From: Roseibacillus sp. | Lineage (GTDB): Bacteria > Verrucomicrobiota > Verrucomicrobiia > Verrucomicrobiales > Akkermansiaceae | Reading direction: 5' to 3' | Length of the DNA: 64,000 nucleotides | NCBI GenBank assembly: GCA_051251855.1 | Contig: JBPOGI010000006.1 | Span: forward strand, 32,001-96,000 | In this document: in pieces, positions 36,890 to 46,800 of the stretch | How the letters are laid out: each line of letters starts with the position of its first letter | How positions within the stretch are numbered: the stretch's first letter is position 1 | Made by a program: the position numbers and the translations under genes | The notes under the pieces: model-generated | The model's database searches: none | Told to the model about the DNA's origin: nothing | What the model saw: only the letters and a program-made list of their open reading frames with translations

Positions 36890-37809
36890 GATTTGCTCGT
36901 TGGGTTGTTAGGAGGGCGGAAGGATTTAGCGAAGACGACGAAGATTTCCCGCAGGCTGAGGGTTTGGATTTCGTTTGATAAGGCGGCGGGAAAGTGCTCT
37001 TTAATGAGGGAAGGAAGAACAGCTTCTTGATGACGGTGGTCGATGAAGCGCACAGTGCGCCCAGAGACTTGGATGTCGCTCCATGTGGCGGGCAGGTCGG
37101 CGGGGAGTTCTTCGGTCTCTGGGAGATGAATGGTGATTCTACGGAATCGTTCGATGAGCTCGTCGGTTGATTCATTGAGTTCGAGGTGGCCGCGATTGAG
37201 AATGGTCACGCGGTCGCAGAGGCGCTGCACTTCGTCGATATCGTGGGAGGAGATAAGGACAGACCAGCCCTCGACTTCGGTGAGTTCTAACAGACCGTGA
37301 AGGAATTCGTCACGCACGAGGGGGTCGAGTCCGGAGAAGGGTTCGTCAAGAATAACCACCTGCGGGCGGTAGGCGAGGCTGGAGAGGAGAGCAGCCTTCA
37401 TTCTTTGCCCTCGGGAAAGGGAGCGGAGTTTGGTCTTCATGGGAATGTTGAATTCACCAAGAAGCTTTTTCTCGAAGTCTCGGTCCCAGTCGGGATACAT
37501 GGGTCGGAGGTAGTCGAGGAGTTGGGTAACGTTCATCCAACCGGGGAGTTCTTGGTTCTCTGAGACGTAGCCGATGCGTTGCAGTTGGTTGGGGCCAAGT
37601 TTGCGGGAGTCACAACCGAGAATCTTGGCGTAACCGGAGTCGGGAATTTGGAGGTTCAGGAGGCACTTAATGGTGGTCGTTTTACCGGCTCCGTTGGGTC
37701 CTAGGAAGGCGGTGACGGCTCCTTGAGGAATGGACAAGGTAAGGTCGTTCACGGCGGGAACCTGGCGGAATGTCTTGGTGAGGTTTTCGAGTTCGATAAT
37801 GGAGCTCAT
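36886..37809 (-). CDS. ABC transporter ATP-binding protein
   Basis: GPNGAGKTT, LSRGQ, ILDEPFSGLDP, SSH. Confidence 0.95.
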   Translation of the reverse strand: MSSIIELENLTKTFRQVPAVNDLTLSIPQGAVTAFLGPNGAGKTTTIKCLLNLQIPDSGYAKILGCDSRKLGPNQLQRIGYVSENQELPGWMNVTQLLDYLRPMYPDWDRDFEKKLLGEFNIPMKTKLRSLSRGQRMKAALLSSLAYRPQVVILDEPFSGLDPLVRDEFLHGLLELTEVEGWSVLISSHDIDEVQRLCDRVTILNRGHLELNESTDELIERFRRITIHLPETEELPADLPATWSDIQVSGRTVRFIDHRHQEAVLPSLIKEHFPAALSNEIQTLSLREIFVVFAKSFRPPNNPTSKS

Positions 37810-38183
37810 GATGATTTGCGGTGATGGTTGCGGAGGGCGGTAAGGACGTCTTCAAGGTCGAGGCCGAGTTCTTGGGCTTGCATTAATAGCTCGTCGCAAG
37901 CGGGAGAAAGGAGGTCGAGGCATTCAGATTTGTTCGGGAGGTCAGGTTCTCCCACGACCATTCCGATCCCGGGGCGAGAGACGAGATAGCCAGCGGACTT
38001 GAGTTGGCTCACCACTTTGTGAGCGGTGGTTGGACTGATTTTGAGTTCCTGACTGATGGCTCGCACGGAGGGAAAGTGGTCTCCCTTGACCAGCTGCCCT
38101 GTGAGCACGGCCTTGCGAACTGCTTGCAGAATTTGGTCAGAGACAGGAATACCGTCTTTGAGCTGGAGAAAGAAAGGGAGCAT
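37806..38183 (-). CDS. GntR family regulator, YtrA subfamily
   Basis: 125 aa; QI...V...GQL..GD.FPSVR....L.ISP.T; precedes the ABC ATPase. Confidence 0.92.
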   Translation of the reverse strand: MLPFFLQLKDGIPVSDQILQAVRKAVLTGQLVKGDHFPSVRAISQELKISPTTAHKVVSQLKSAGYLVSRPGIGMVVGEPDLPNKSECLDLLSPACDELLMQAQELGLDLEDVLTALRNHHRKSS

Positions 38184-38194
38184 CAGAAACTTGA

Positions 38195-38221
38195 AGGTGT
38201 AACAGGAATAGTGTTACACCT
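38195..38221. promoter_or_regulatory. Palindromic operator, probably for the YtrA-type GntR
   Basis: AGGTGTAACA-GGAATAG-TGTTACACCT (perfect 10-bp arms), 11 nt upstream of the gntR start; TTGACG -35-like hexamer on the minus strand at 38228-38233. Confidence 0.75.
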
Positions 38222-38319
38222 GAGACGCGTCAATGGAAAAGTGACTTCACCTTCTTTGTGAGAAACACCGATGTCGGTGTAACCTTTCTCTCAAGGGGTG
38301 GTTAGTCTTGGATGTAACT

Positions 38320-39186
38320 ATGAAAAATACATTACTGACTCTGGGGGCTTTGACGGCTTCGACCTTGGCTTCGCCGATTCAATTTGAGGAAATTCCAGCG
38401 AAGGCGCAGTGGTACTTGCATGCAGATGTGGATGCCATTGGAGAAACTGAAGTGGGCGAACTGCTCAAGGAGATCGTTAAGGAAGATGCGGGTAAGGAGT
38501 TGAAGGCGATGGCGCGGATTTTTGCTTTCGATCCTTTGGAAGACATGGAAGCAATGACTCTCTTTGGGGAGGGGGACAAGGCGGTGGTGCTGATTCGAGG
38601 GGAGTTTGATCGCGAGCACATGGAGGATGTCATTGGGGGCGCGGATGAGCATGAATCCCGAGAGTATGAGGGGATGACGGTTCATAGCTGGGACGATAAG
38701 GGAAAGACTCAGCATGGCGCTTTTATAGAAGATAAATTGATCGCGTTTTCAGAGCATCCGAAGCACCTGAGGTATGCGCTCGATGTCTTGGGTGGACGCA
38801 AGGATGCGATGGAAAAGGAGGAGGCAGACGGTTCTCCGTTGGTCTTTGGCTTAGCGAATCTTGCTGAGATGGACATCGAAGATGAGGACATGAAAGTTCT
38901 CCAACAGGCGAAGTCGATGACGGCGCGGATGGATGAAAATGGGGAAGAGATGGTGGCAACCCTGGAAATCTCAACTGACGACAGGAAGCTCGCGAAACGC
39001 ATGCGCCGGATGGTTGACGGTTTATTCGCGATGGTGGAGACGAGCATCCCTGATATCGACGACTATGAGATCGAAAGCGAAGTCGAGCTTGGGGAAGAAG
39101 AGACCGATATTGTCGCGAAAGTGCAGATGCCTTCCGAGCGGGTATTCGACTTCTTGAAATACTTGGATACTCTCGAAGACGAGTAA
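38320..39186 (+). CDS. Secreted acidic hypothetical protein
   Basis: MKNTLLTLGALTASTLA signal peptide; first gene before the ECF sigma factor. Confidence 0.8.
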   Translation: MKNTLLTLGALTASTLASPIQFEEIPAKAQWYLHADVDAIGETEVGELLKEIVKEDAGKELKAMARIFAFDPLEDMEAMTLFGEGDKAVVLIRGEFDREHMEDVIGGADEHESREYEGMTVHSWDDKGKTQHGAFIEDKLIAFSEHPKHLRYALDVLGGRKDAMEKEEADGSPLVFGLANLAEMDIEDEDMKVLQQAKSMTARMDENGEEMVATLEISTDDRKLAKRMRRMVDGLFAMVETSIPDIDDYEIESEVELGEEETDIVAKVQMPSERVFDFLKYLDTLEDE

Positions 39187-39192
39187 ACTTTT

Positions 39193-39759
39193 GTGACCGA
39201 AGAGAAGTCAGACGAGGAATTGGCCGCGCGTGCTCAGGAGGGAGACCGCGCGGCTTTCAACGTGCTCGTGACTCGACATCACCAGAGGATTTACGCTTTC
39301 CATCGGAGCTCGGGTAATACGATTCAGGACGCGGAGGATTATACTCAGGAAGCGTTTCTGAGGGCCTTTAAATCTCTTTCGCGTTACGATTCTCATCAGC
39401 CTTTTTTGCCTTGGCTCTATACTATTGCGAGACGAGAGGCGATTCGGGCATGGCGAAAGAAAAAGCCGACGGAGCCTTTGCCTTCATCGGAGACGATGGT
39501 GGATGTGGAAATAGATTTACATCTGGCACCTCACCTTTGGTATTTGGCTCGTATTCATCTCAAGCCAGTGGCTTTTACTGCACTCTGGCTGCAATATCGG
39601 GAGGGGTTATCTTTAGCTGATATTGCTGGTTCGCTTAAAAAGTCGGAGTCGGCGACGAAAGTGATTCTTCATCGCGCCCGTGCCACTTTACGAGAGAAAT
39701 TGGATCCGGCGGATCTCAATTCGGAACCTTCCCTTCACCCCCAACCTTTGACCCCATGA
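39193..39759 (+). CDS. ECF sigma-70 factor
   Basis: SDEEL...AQ.GD..AF..LV, DAED.TQEAFLRAF, F.PWLY.IAR, region 4 with GLSL.DIA...K..LHRAR. Confidence 0.92.
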   Translation: MTEEKSDEELAARAQEGDRAAFNVLVTRHHQRIYAFHRSSGNTIQDAEDYTQEAFLRAFKSLSRYDSHQPFLPWLYTIARREAIRAWRKKKPTEPLPSSETMVDVEIDLHLAPHLWYLARIHLKPVAFTALWLQYREGLSLADIAGSLKKSESATKVILHRARATLREKLDPADLNSEPSLHPQPLTP

Positions 39760-40127
39760 ACGATACTGAAATTGAAAAGCTCTTGCGAAAAGAGCACGAC
39801 TTGGAAACTCCTCGCCCCGGCTTGGAGCAGCGGATTCATACGAATTTAGAATCGCCGAGGAGGGGTCTTCCTTTGGGGATGGCAGGGGCGCTTGCGGCGT
39901 TGGTGATTGGGGCGGGTGTGTTGCTCTATCCAAAGAGTCCTTCGGGACCTACCCAGGTGGTGGAAAAGGAACCGGAATCCGAAACGGAGGAAGTTGTTCT
40001 GAGGCCGGTTCGTGTTTCGGTGCCCAATCCTTTGGAAGAAGAAGCGGTGGCCTTGGAAGCGACAGCGAGAAAGACCATGAGCTTTTTACTTTCGCGTTTT
40101 CCTTCGCTGCCTGAGGAAACTTCGTGA
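39756..40127 (+). CDS. Putative single-TM anti-sigma factor
   Basis: Overlaps the sigma stop codon (ATGA); single TM segment. Confidence 0.65.
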   Translation: MNDTEIEKLLRKEHDLETPRPGLEQRIHTNLESPRRGLPLGMAGALAALVIGAGVLLYPKSPSGPTQVVEKEPESETEEVVLRPVRVSVPNPLEEEAVALEATARKTMSFLLSRFPSLPEETS

Positions 40128-40224
40128 GGGGAATTGTTCGTTGAAGCTCAGTTGTCTGTTGAGATAGACGACTTTGGGCGTGCGTGACGTTTGGATAGGG
40201 AGCAAAGTGCTTCTTAGGAAGGGG

Positions 40225-41172
40225 ATGAAGAGTATCAAACAAGTATTGGGTGTCGTGATCGGGGTTGTGATTGGCCTGGTGGGGGGGACTTTGTTTAAGT
40301 CGAGCTTGCCTCCTGAGGAGGGTTCGATGGCAGAGGTGATGGAGGTGCATCGGCATGAGATGAAGTCGACTCGAAATCGGTTGGCGGTCTTGGAGGCGGA
40401 GAGGCGACGGGGTGATGAGGCTGCCAGCCAAGCGGCGCGTGATATCGCGGCGGACATTCGAGCCGGCAAAGAGGTGGATTTGGATGATGTCTATAGTTTG
40501 ACGAAGCCCTTGTTAGCGGATGTCTCTCCCTTACTGGAGAGGATGCGAGTGACGTCGGAGAAGCAGCGGGCGGAGGAGATTGCAGGAGAAATGGCGCGAA
40601 AGTATGACCTCACGAAGGCTCAACAAACTCGTTTGGAAGGCTGGCTGGCGATGGAGGCGGAGGCGAATGCGGAGAGGTTTCGGATGGTTTTGGAAGATGA
40701 GAAAAGCACCTTTCAGGACTTTGTTCAGGCATCAGAGGAGCATGCAGAGTTCGCCAATCTGGATGACTTCATGGAGGGAGAGCTCCGAGGAGAGGAGCTT
40801 GCGGAGTATCAAGAGGACCGGCTTTTTGAGCGCACCGAGAATGTGACGAGTGAAGCGAACCGAAAGTTGCATCGCTTGCATGATGTGGTGGACCTCGATG
40901 AATCGCAGCAGGATGCAGCCTTTCTCCTTTTTGCTCGGGGCTCGAATGATTACGAATCTGGGATGGAGGTTGACGGGATGCAGGGCGCGCAAGCGGGCTT
41001 AGGCATGGAGCAAAGGAATGCGGAGGTGATATCTTTGCTGCGTCCAGACCAGCGGGTGGAGTATGAACGTTATCAAGACGAGCAACAGAGAGAGGTGAAT
41101 GAGGGGTTGCAAGAGATGGGCTTGAAGCTGCCGGCGGACTTCGACCTTTTTGACGACGACTTTTACAATTGA
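40225..41172 (+). CDS. Membrane-anchored helical hypothetical protein
   Basis: ATG 40225; N-terminal TM segment and L(T/D)..QQ helical repeats. Confidence 0.75.
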   Translation: MKSIKQVLGVVIGVVIGLVGGTLFKSSLPPEEGSMAEVMEVHRHEMKSTRNRLAVLEAERRRGDEAASQAARDIAADIRAGKEVDLDDVYSLTKPLLADVSPLLERMRVTSEKQRAEEIAGEMARKYDLTKAQQTRLEGWLAMEAEANAERFRMVLEDEKSTFQDFVQASEEHAEFANLDDFMEGELRGEELAEYQEDRLFERTENVTSEANRKLHRLHDVVDLDESQQDAAFLLFARGSNDYESGMEVDGMQGAQAGLGMEQRNAEVISLLRPDQRVEYERYQDEQQREVNEGLQEMGLKLPADFDLFDDDFYN

Positions 41173-42125
41173 TGTCTGACTATGCACTAGAGGTTCGCGA
41201 CTTGCGGGTGGACTACGGAGACTTTGTGGCGGTGGATGGCTTGAGCCTGAAAATTCCCTACGGGGAAGTGGTGGGGCTGGTGGGACCAAATGGAGCGGGG
41301 AAGACGAGCACCTTTAAAGTCCTTTCGACTCTGATGGAGCCGACCTATGGCGAAGTCACGATGTGTGGCTTAGATGTGTTAGAAGAGACTGCTCAGGTGC
41401 GAAAGCTGTTAGGGTATATGCCAGACTTGGCGCCGGTGCCGTCGGACTTGAAGCTGGGTGAGTTTTTGGAGTTTCATGCTGATACCCATGCATTGGGCGA
41501 TAAGGCGCAGCGGCGCGCTAGAGCGGATGAATGCTTGGCGAAGGTGAACCTAACTGAGAAGCGGAATGCTTGGTGTAAGAAGCTTTCGCGTGGCCAGACA
41601 CAGCGATTGGTGTTGGCGAAAACGCTTTTGCATGAGCCGCAGGTGATGATTCTCGATGAACCGGCGAGTGGGTTGGATCCGCTTTCGCGGCGGGAGATGC
41701 GCTTGACTTTGCAAGCGTTGGCAAGGGAGGGCGTGACGGTGTTAGTGAGCTCGCATATTCTCAGCGAATTGGCGGAGATGTGTGGTTCTATCATTGTGAT
41801 GAATCAAGGAAAGCTGCTGGCCTCTGGGACGGCGGAGGAGGTGAGAACTGAGCTAGGAAGCAACCGGCGGGAAATGACGATGAAGGTTTTGGGTGTGACA
41901 GATGGTTTGGAGGGGTGGCTGGCCGTGAGAGAAGGGGTGAGCGAAGTGCAAGCTGAGGAGGGGGCGGTGAGGTTCGAATTTGTGGGGGATGATGAGGCTC
42001 AGGTAGCTTTGTTAGGCGATGTAGTGCGGGAGGGGTTTGCAGTGAAGAGTCTGGAAGAGAAGAGTGCTTCTTTTGAGGAAATTTTGGTGGAAGTGGCAGA
42101 AGGAAATCGAACTTACGAAGACTGA
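41172..42125 (+). CDS. ABC transporter ATP-binding protein
   Basis: GPNGAGKTS, LSRGQ, ILDEPASGLDP, SSHILSEL. Confidence 0.95.
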   Translation: MSDYALEVRDLRVDYGDFVAVDGLSLKIPYGEVVGLVGPNGAGKTSTFKVLSTLMEPTYGEVTMCGLDVLEETAQVRKLLGYMPDLAPVPSDLKLGEFLEFHADTHALGDKAQRRARADECLAKVNLTEKRNAWCKKLSRGQTQRLVLAKTLLHEPQVMILDEPASGLDPLSRREMRLTLQALAREGVTVLVSSHILSELAEMCGSIIVMNQGKLLASGTAEEVRTELGSNRREMTMKVLGVTDGLEGWLAVREGVSEVQAEEGAVRFEFVGDDEAQVALLGDVVREGFAVKSLEEKSASFEEILVEVAEGNRTYED

Positions 42126-43783
42126 TGAGAGAAGCGTCGAAGCGTAAACAAAAGCCAGTCTGGGCACTGTGGGCGAATCCGATTTTTCGTCGTTATTGTC
42201 GCTCCCGTCTTAGGCCGAAGGGTCTGGCGGTGATGCTGCTGATGACTTTGATTCTAGCAGGGTTTTTCTTTGGTCTCTTCCGTGCCTTGGCGATGCGCGA
42301 TTTCGATCCCGTTGATGCGGAGCGGGCGGCGTTCATGCCCTTGCTCGTGATTCAAGTGCTGATTCTCTTCTTTCTAGGGACGGGGCAGGTCGCGGGAGGA
42401 ATGACGGCAGAAGGAGACGAGGGGGTGGTCGACTATCAGCGCTTGGCTCCCATGTCTCCCTTGGCAAAGACTCTGGGGTATCTCTTTGGGCTGCCAGTGC
42501 GGGAGTATGTTCTCTTTTTGGCGACCTTACCGTTCACGATTTGGTGTGTCTGGAGAGGACAGATCCCAATAGAAATCGTGGCGCAGCTCTATGGGGTGTT
42601 TTTGTCCTCGGTGATTCTCTATCACCTCACGGGTTTGGTGGCAGGAACGGTGATGAAGAACCGGCGCTGGGCGTTTTTGATTTCGATGGGAACGATTTTC
42701 TTTCTTTATACGGCGGTTCCTCAGCTCGCGAAGTTCGGTCTCGTCTACTTCAAGTATCTCACCATCTATCCCGTCTTTGAGGAGTGTCTTCCGCACTTGT
42801 TCCCAGTTGATGCAGGGGCGGCGGTGGAAACTCTCCAAAGGCTCCGGCCACCGGCGCGCTTCTTTAATCTCGATTTTCCGCAGGCCGCTTTCACATTGGT
42901 GTCGCAGGGTGTTTTTTCGCTGGCGGGGATTGTGATGATTTGGAGGCGATGGCGGAGAGATGAATCTCACCTTTTGGGCAAGGTCTGGGCGGTGGCTTTG
43001 TTTGGTTGGGTTCAGCTGGTGTTTTTAGGGAACGCCTTGCCTCTGATTCGTACGGGAGAGCTTTTTCCTTCGAGAAATATCGGGGGGATGTTTGGGCGGA
43101 TGCAGCAGCCGTTGTGGGAGCCCGATGCACGTGAGGCGGTATTGATGGCGGGGGTCTTTGGAGTGGTGACCTTGCTCTTTATGATCATTCTTCTATTAGT
43201 GATTACTCCTGAGTATGAAACCCAAGTGAGGGGCTGGCGCCGTGCACGGAAGTTGGGGCAAAAGAGGTTGCCGCGATTGGGTGATTCGGCTTCGAGCTTT
43301 TGGTGGGCGCTGATGATGATTTTCTTGGGGACGGCTGGTTGGTATCTCTTTACCGAACGCATTATCGAGAGCCGCTGGTTCTTTGGGGAGGTAGGGTTAG
43401 GGAGTGCTTTGGCCTTCGCGCTCCCGCTCGTGATTGGGGGATTGGGTTCTCACGCTCTCTTAGAATGGAAGGGGCGGCGGTTTGCGACCTTGGTATTTAT
43501 TCTAGTGGGGTTGGTTCCGATATTAGTGGGAGTAGTGATGGCGGTGAGTTCGGATTCTCTGCACGTGCCTGCGATTTGGGTGGGGGCTGCTTCGCCTCTG
43601 ACGGGTCCGGTGTTGGCGGCGATTAATGAGGTGACCATCGCGGACTTTCCGCTGGATGTGGAACGAGCCTCACCGTCCGCCTTTTGGTTCTGGCAGGTGA
43701 TTCTCTTCTTTGTTGTGGTTCGCCTGATGCTTGCGAATCGATTGCAGAAGAGAATGCTACGAGTGGCGAGTGATTCAAGCTAG
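42125..43783 (+). CDS. Putative ABC permease
   Basis: NPIF.RY.RSRLR, E..EG..DYQRLAPM loop; many TM segments; coupled to the ATPase gene. Confidence 0.8.
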   Translation: MREASKRKQKPVWALWANPIFRRYCRSRLRPKGLAVMLLMTLILAGFFFGLFRALAMRDFDPVDAERAAFMPLLVIQVLILFFLGTGQVAGGMTAEGDEGVVDYQRLAPMSPLAKTLGYLFGLPVREYVLFLATLPFTIWCVWRGQIPIEIVAQLYGVFLSSVILYHLTGLVAGTVMKNRRWAFLISMGTIFFLYTAVPQLAKFGLVYFKYLTIYPVFEECLPHLFPVDAGAAVETLQRLRPPARFFNLDFPQAAFTLVSQGVFSLAGIVMIWRRWRRDESHLLGKVWAVALFGWVQLVFLGNALPLIRTGELFPSRNIGGMFGRMQQPLWEPDAREAVLMAGVFGVVTLLFMIILLLVITPEYETQVRGWRRARKLGQKRLPRLGDSASSFWWALMMIFLGTAGWYLFTERIIESRWFFGEVGLGSALAFALPLVIGGLGSHALLEWKGRRFATLVFILVGLVPILVGVVMAVSSDSLHVPAIWVGAASPLTGPVLAAINEVTIADFPLDVERASPSAFWFWQVILFFVVVRLMLANRLQKRMLRVASDSS

Positions 43784-43810
43784 TGGCAGCTTTGTGCAAG
43801 GAATAGCTCG

Positions 43811-46800
43811 CTAAGGAACCTGTTTTACATGAGCTCGAAGGAACTGTGTGGGATTTGTCTCTTTGGAATTCGGGAAGCGGTAGACTTCGACAAGCTTGCC
43901 GGTGGAAGAGCTTGAGAAGCTACCGAGAAGCCTGGCTGGGGTCCATGGGGGTCGCAGGTTGGGGCTGGTCTCCATCGTGAACTCGATGTCATCGAGGCCC
44001 TTCACTCGTTCGCAGATCACGGTCAAATATTCGGCGCCTCCGGAGGTGGTTTGTCCAAAGGACATACAAAAACTGCTTTGGGAAGTAGGGTCCGATCCTA
44101 AGCTATACTCGAGGAGATTGGGCAGGTTGTCGCCATCGAAGTCAGCGGTTCCGACGGTATCGTTGAGTGAGTAAATTTCCTGCCAAGCGAGGTAGGAAGG
44201 GGTCTCCTCGGCTCCTGGTAAGCCGCCATCGTTGGTGCTGGCTCTCCAGCTCGAAGGGAGTCCATGGTTGGGATTGTTTTCGGGCGAGACGAGCACTAGC
44301 GCGGGTCCAGAGCCATCGGTGACACTGGGCCAGGGTTCGGCATCATCATAAGTAAAGTCTTTGATGGCGATACCATCGCGATCAAGGAGGGTGATTTGCT
44401 CACCGCCGTTACTTAAAGCCCCACTGTAAGAGCCTGCGATAAGCGAGGTTGAGACGCTTGGGAAAACTGCGGCAAAGTCGGCTTCGTCTCGGACCAAGAG
44501 ACAACGCTCACCGGGTTCTAACAGATATCCTTCGGGGAAATCGAAAGTGAAAATAATACCGTCAGTGAACTGGCAGCCATCGAGGTTGACTCGTTGATTG
44601 GATATGTTCAGGAGCTCCAGATACTCTCCTGATGTAGGGGAGGGCTCATCGATGGGGTGATAGTGAATCTTTGAGATCACGATGTTTGCTAGGGAGGCGG
44701 GGGTGGCCGCGACGATGTAGGTCGCCTCTGTGATCGCGCTCCATTCCGAAGTTGAGTTCTGGTAAGCACGGGCTCTGATGGTAGAGCTTTCGGAGAGAGT
44801 GACAGTAATGGGGGCCGCTCCAGTGAGAGCGGTGAAGGAGGTTCCTCCGCCAATGGCGCGAGGGTCGGTTCCGTCGGTGGTGTAGTAGATGGTGGCACCG
44901 CTATTGCTTTGAGTGATGGTTAGGGCGTGTGCGGCTGGAACGTCGCCTCCCGTTGGACCTGAGAAGAGGGGAGCGGTGAGGGTGGCCGCGAGGGGTTTCG
45001 GGCCCTCATCTTCGTAACCTTGCAATTGTTGCGTGACCAGAAGTTCACGGCTCTGGTCGGGCCAAAGCGTCTCACCTTGTGGCTTGGGGCCTCCAGTGAG
45101 AATGAAGGATAGGACTTCGGCCTTACCGATATTGAGCCAAGTATCTTTGTTGAGATCGTCGTCACCCCATCGTGCGGCTTCGGCATGGATGATGGGATCA
45201 ACTTGAGCCGCGAGGTCGTTGATGCGGGCGACCGAGGCAGACTCGGAGAGGGGGCCGTTGTTGAAAAAGCTCTTCTGCACGCGGTCCATGAAGCGCATGC
45301 GATATTCGGCGCTGTAGGCGAGGGCTTCGTGAAGGTGTTGGGGGTTGAAGCGGTCGAATTTGTGGCGCCTACGATAGGATCCATCTGACCAAGTTTGGCC
45401 CCAATTGTTTCCGTTAGAGTTGGGGTTGCTCCAAGGTCCGACTCGATTGTAGGTCTTGTCGCTCGTTCCCATGCTGTGCTCGTTATCGTGAGCGAAGAAG
45501 AGGAATCCTCGTTCGCCGTCTTTGCGACGGACTCCGAACCAGTTGTTGGTGCCACTTTTGGTGAAGGTGGAAATGGGGCCGTCATGGCCTCCGGTGTAGA
45601 AGAGGTTGAGGATGTAGTCCGCGAGATTATCGACATTCAATAGGACAGGATAGTTGGGGTTACGGCTACCGTCGGGGTTTAATCCTCTCATTTGAAAGTA
45701 GATTGCGGTGCGCTCGGCCTCGGTGGGCTCGGCGGTGATCGCGAGAGTGAGATCGAAGAGTTGTTTCCAAGCGATGTCGTTGCCATCACTGACTTCCATT
45801 TGGAAAAAGCCGCTACTCCCCGAGCTCTTCACGGTATCGTAGTCGTTGTCATCTCCTCCAAATTGATTGGCTGCATAGTCTGCCTCTGTTCTTTCTTGCC
45901 AGTTGAAAATTCCCCAATAGAGGCCGTTGATGTAGAGGTGGAAGTAGCTGCCTCTGCTGTAAGGCTGTCCCTGATCTCCTTGCGCTTTGCGGGCGAACTG
46001 TTCTCGGATGAGGGAGTTCTCATCATCTCTTGCCCGGCTCCAAGAGTGGTTCTGTTCGCAGCGCATATCGATTTGGTCGAAGCGGGTGACGTTTCCTTCC
46101 GATCCAAAGAGAGGATGAATGAGGTCGCCGTCGTAGAGAGAACGGAAGTAGAGATGAAAGGCGTGTTTGGGGTTGGTGGGATCACGGCTGTCTCCGCCTC
46201 GGATACGGATTCCGCAGTCCTTTTGCACGGCGCTCGTGCCATCGGTATTGATGATTTCAAGGGAAGATTCGCGCTCCCAGAATCGGCCTTTCTGTTCTGG
46301 GTTGGAGTAGATTCCTTTCGTGAAATCGTGGAAGTCGGCGGGAGCCAAGTTCATGCAAACCGAGGGAGCCGACTCGAGAGCGGATTTCAGGTCGTTTAAA
46401 TTTCCTCCTCCAGCGGTGACGTTATCGAGGTCGAGGCCGTATTCATAAACCTGACCATTCACTGGGGCTGAGGGCCAACCACGAGAAGTAGCGTAGGAAG
46501 TGTCCTGATTGACGATGTCGTCCACAAAGAGGTAACTGTGCGTCACGGGCTTTGATGTTCTGTAACCAGCGAGAACGGCGGCTGCGCGGAGGGTGGTGGT
46601 CGAATTGATGATTAGGGGAGAGGTGTAGATTTCACCGTGCCCTGCGCTCGGTTCGCTGCCATCCAGAGTGTATCGGATTTCTGCCAAAGGGTTGGGTGAA
46701 GAGAGGGTGAGGCTAAAGGGGCTGTCGTAGCGACCGCGTGGGGTACTGAAGGTCACTTTTTTGAGAAAGTCGGTGTAGCTTATTGCATTGGGTGCCCCGG

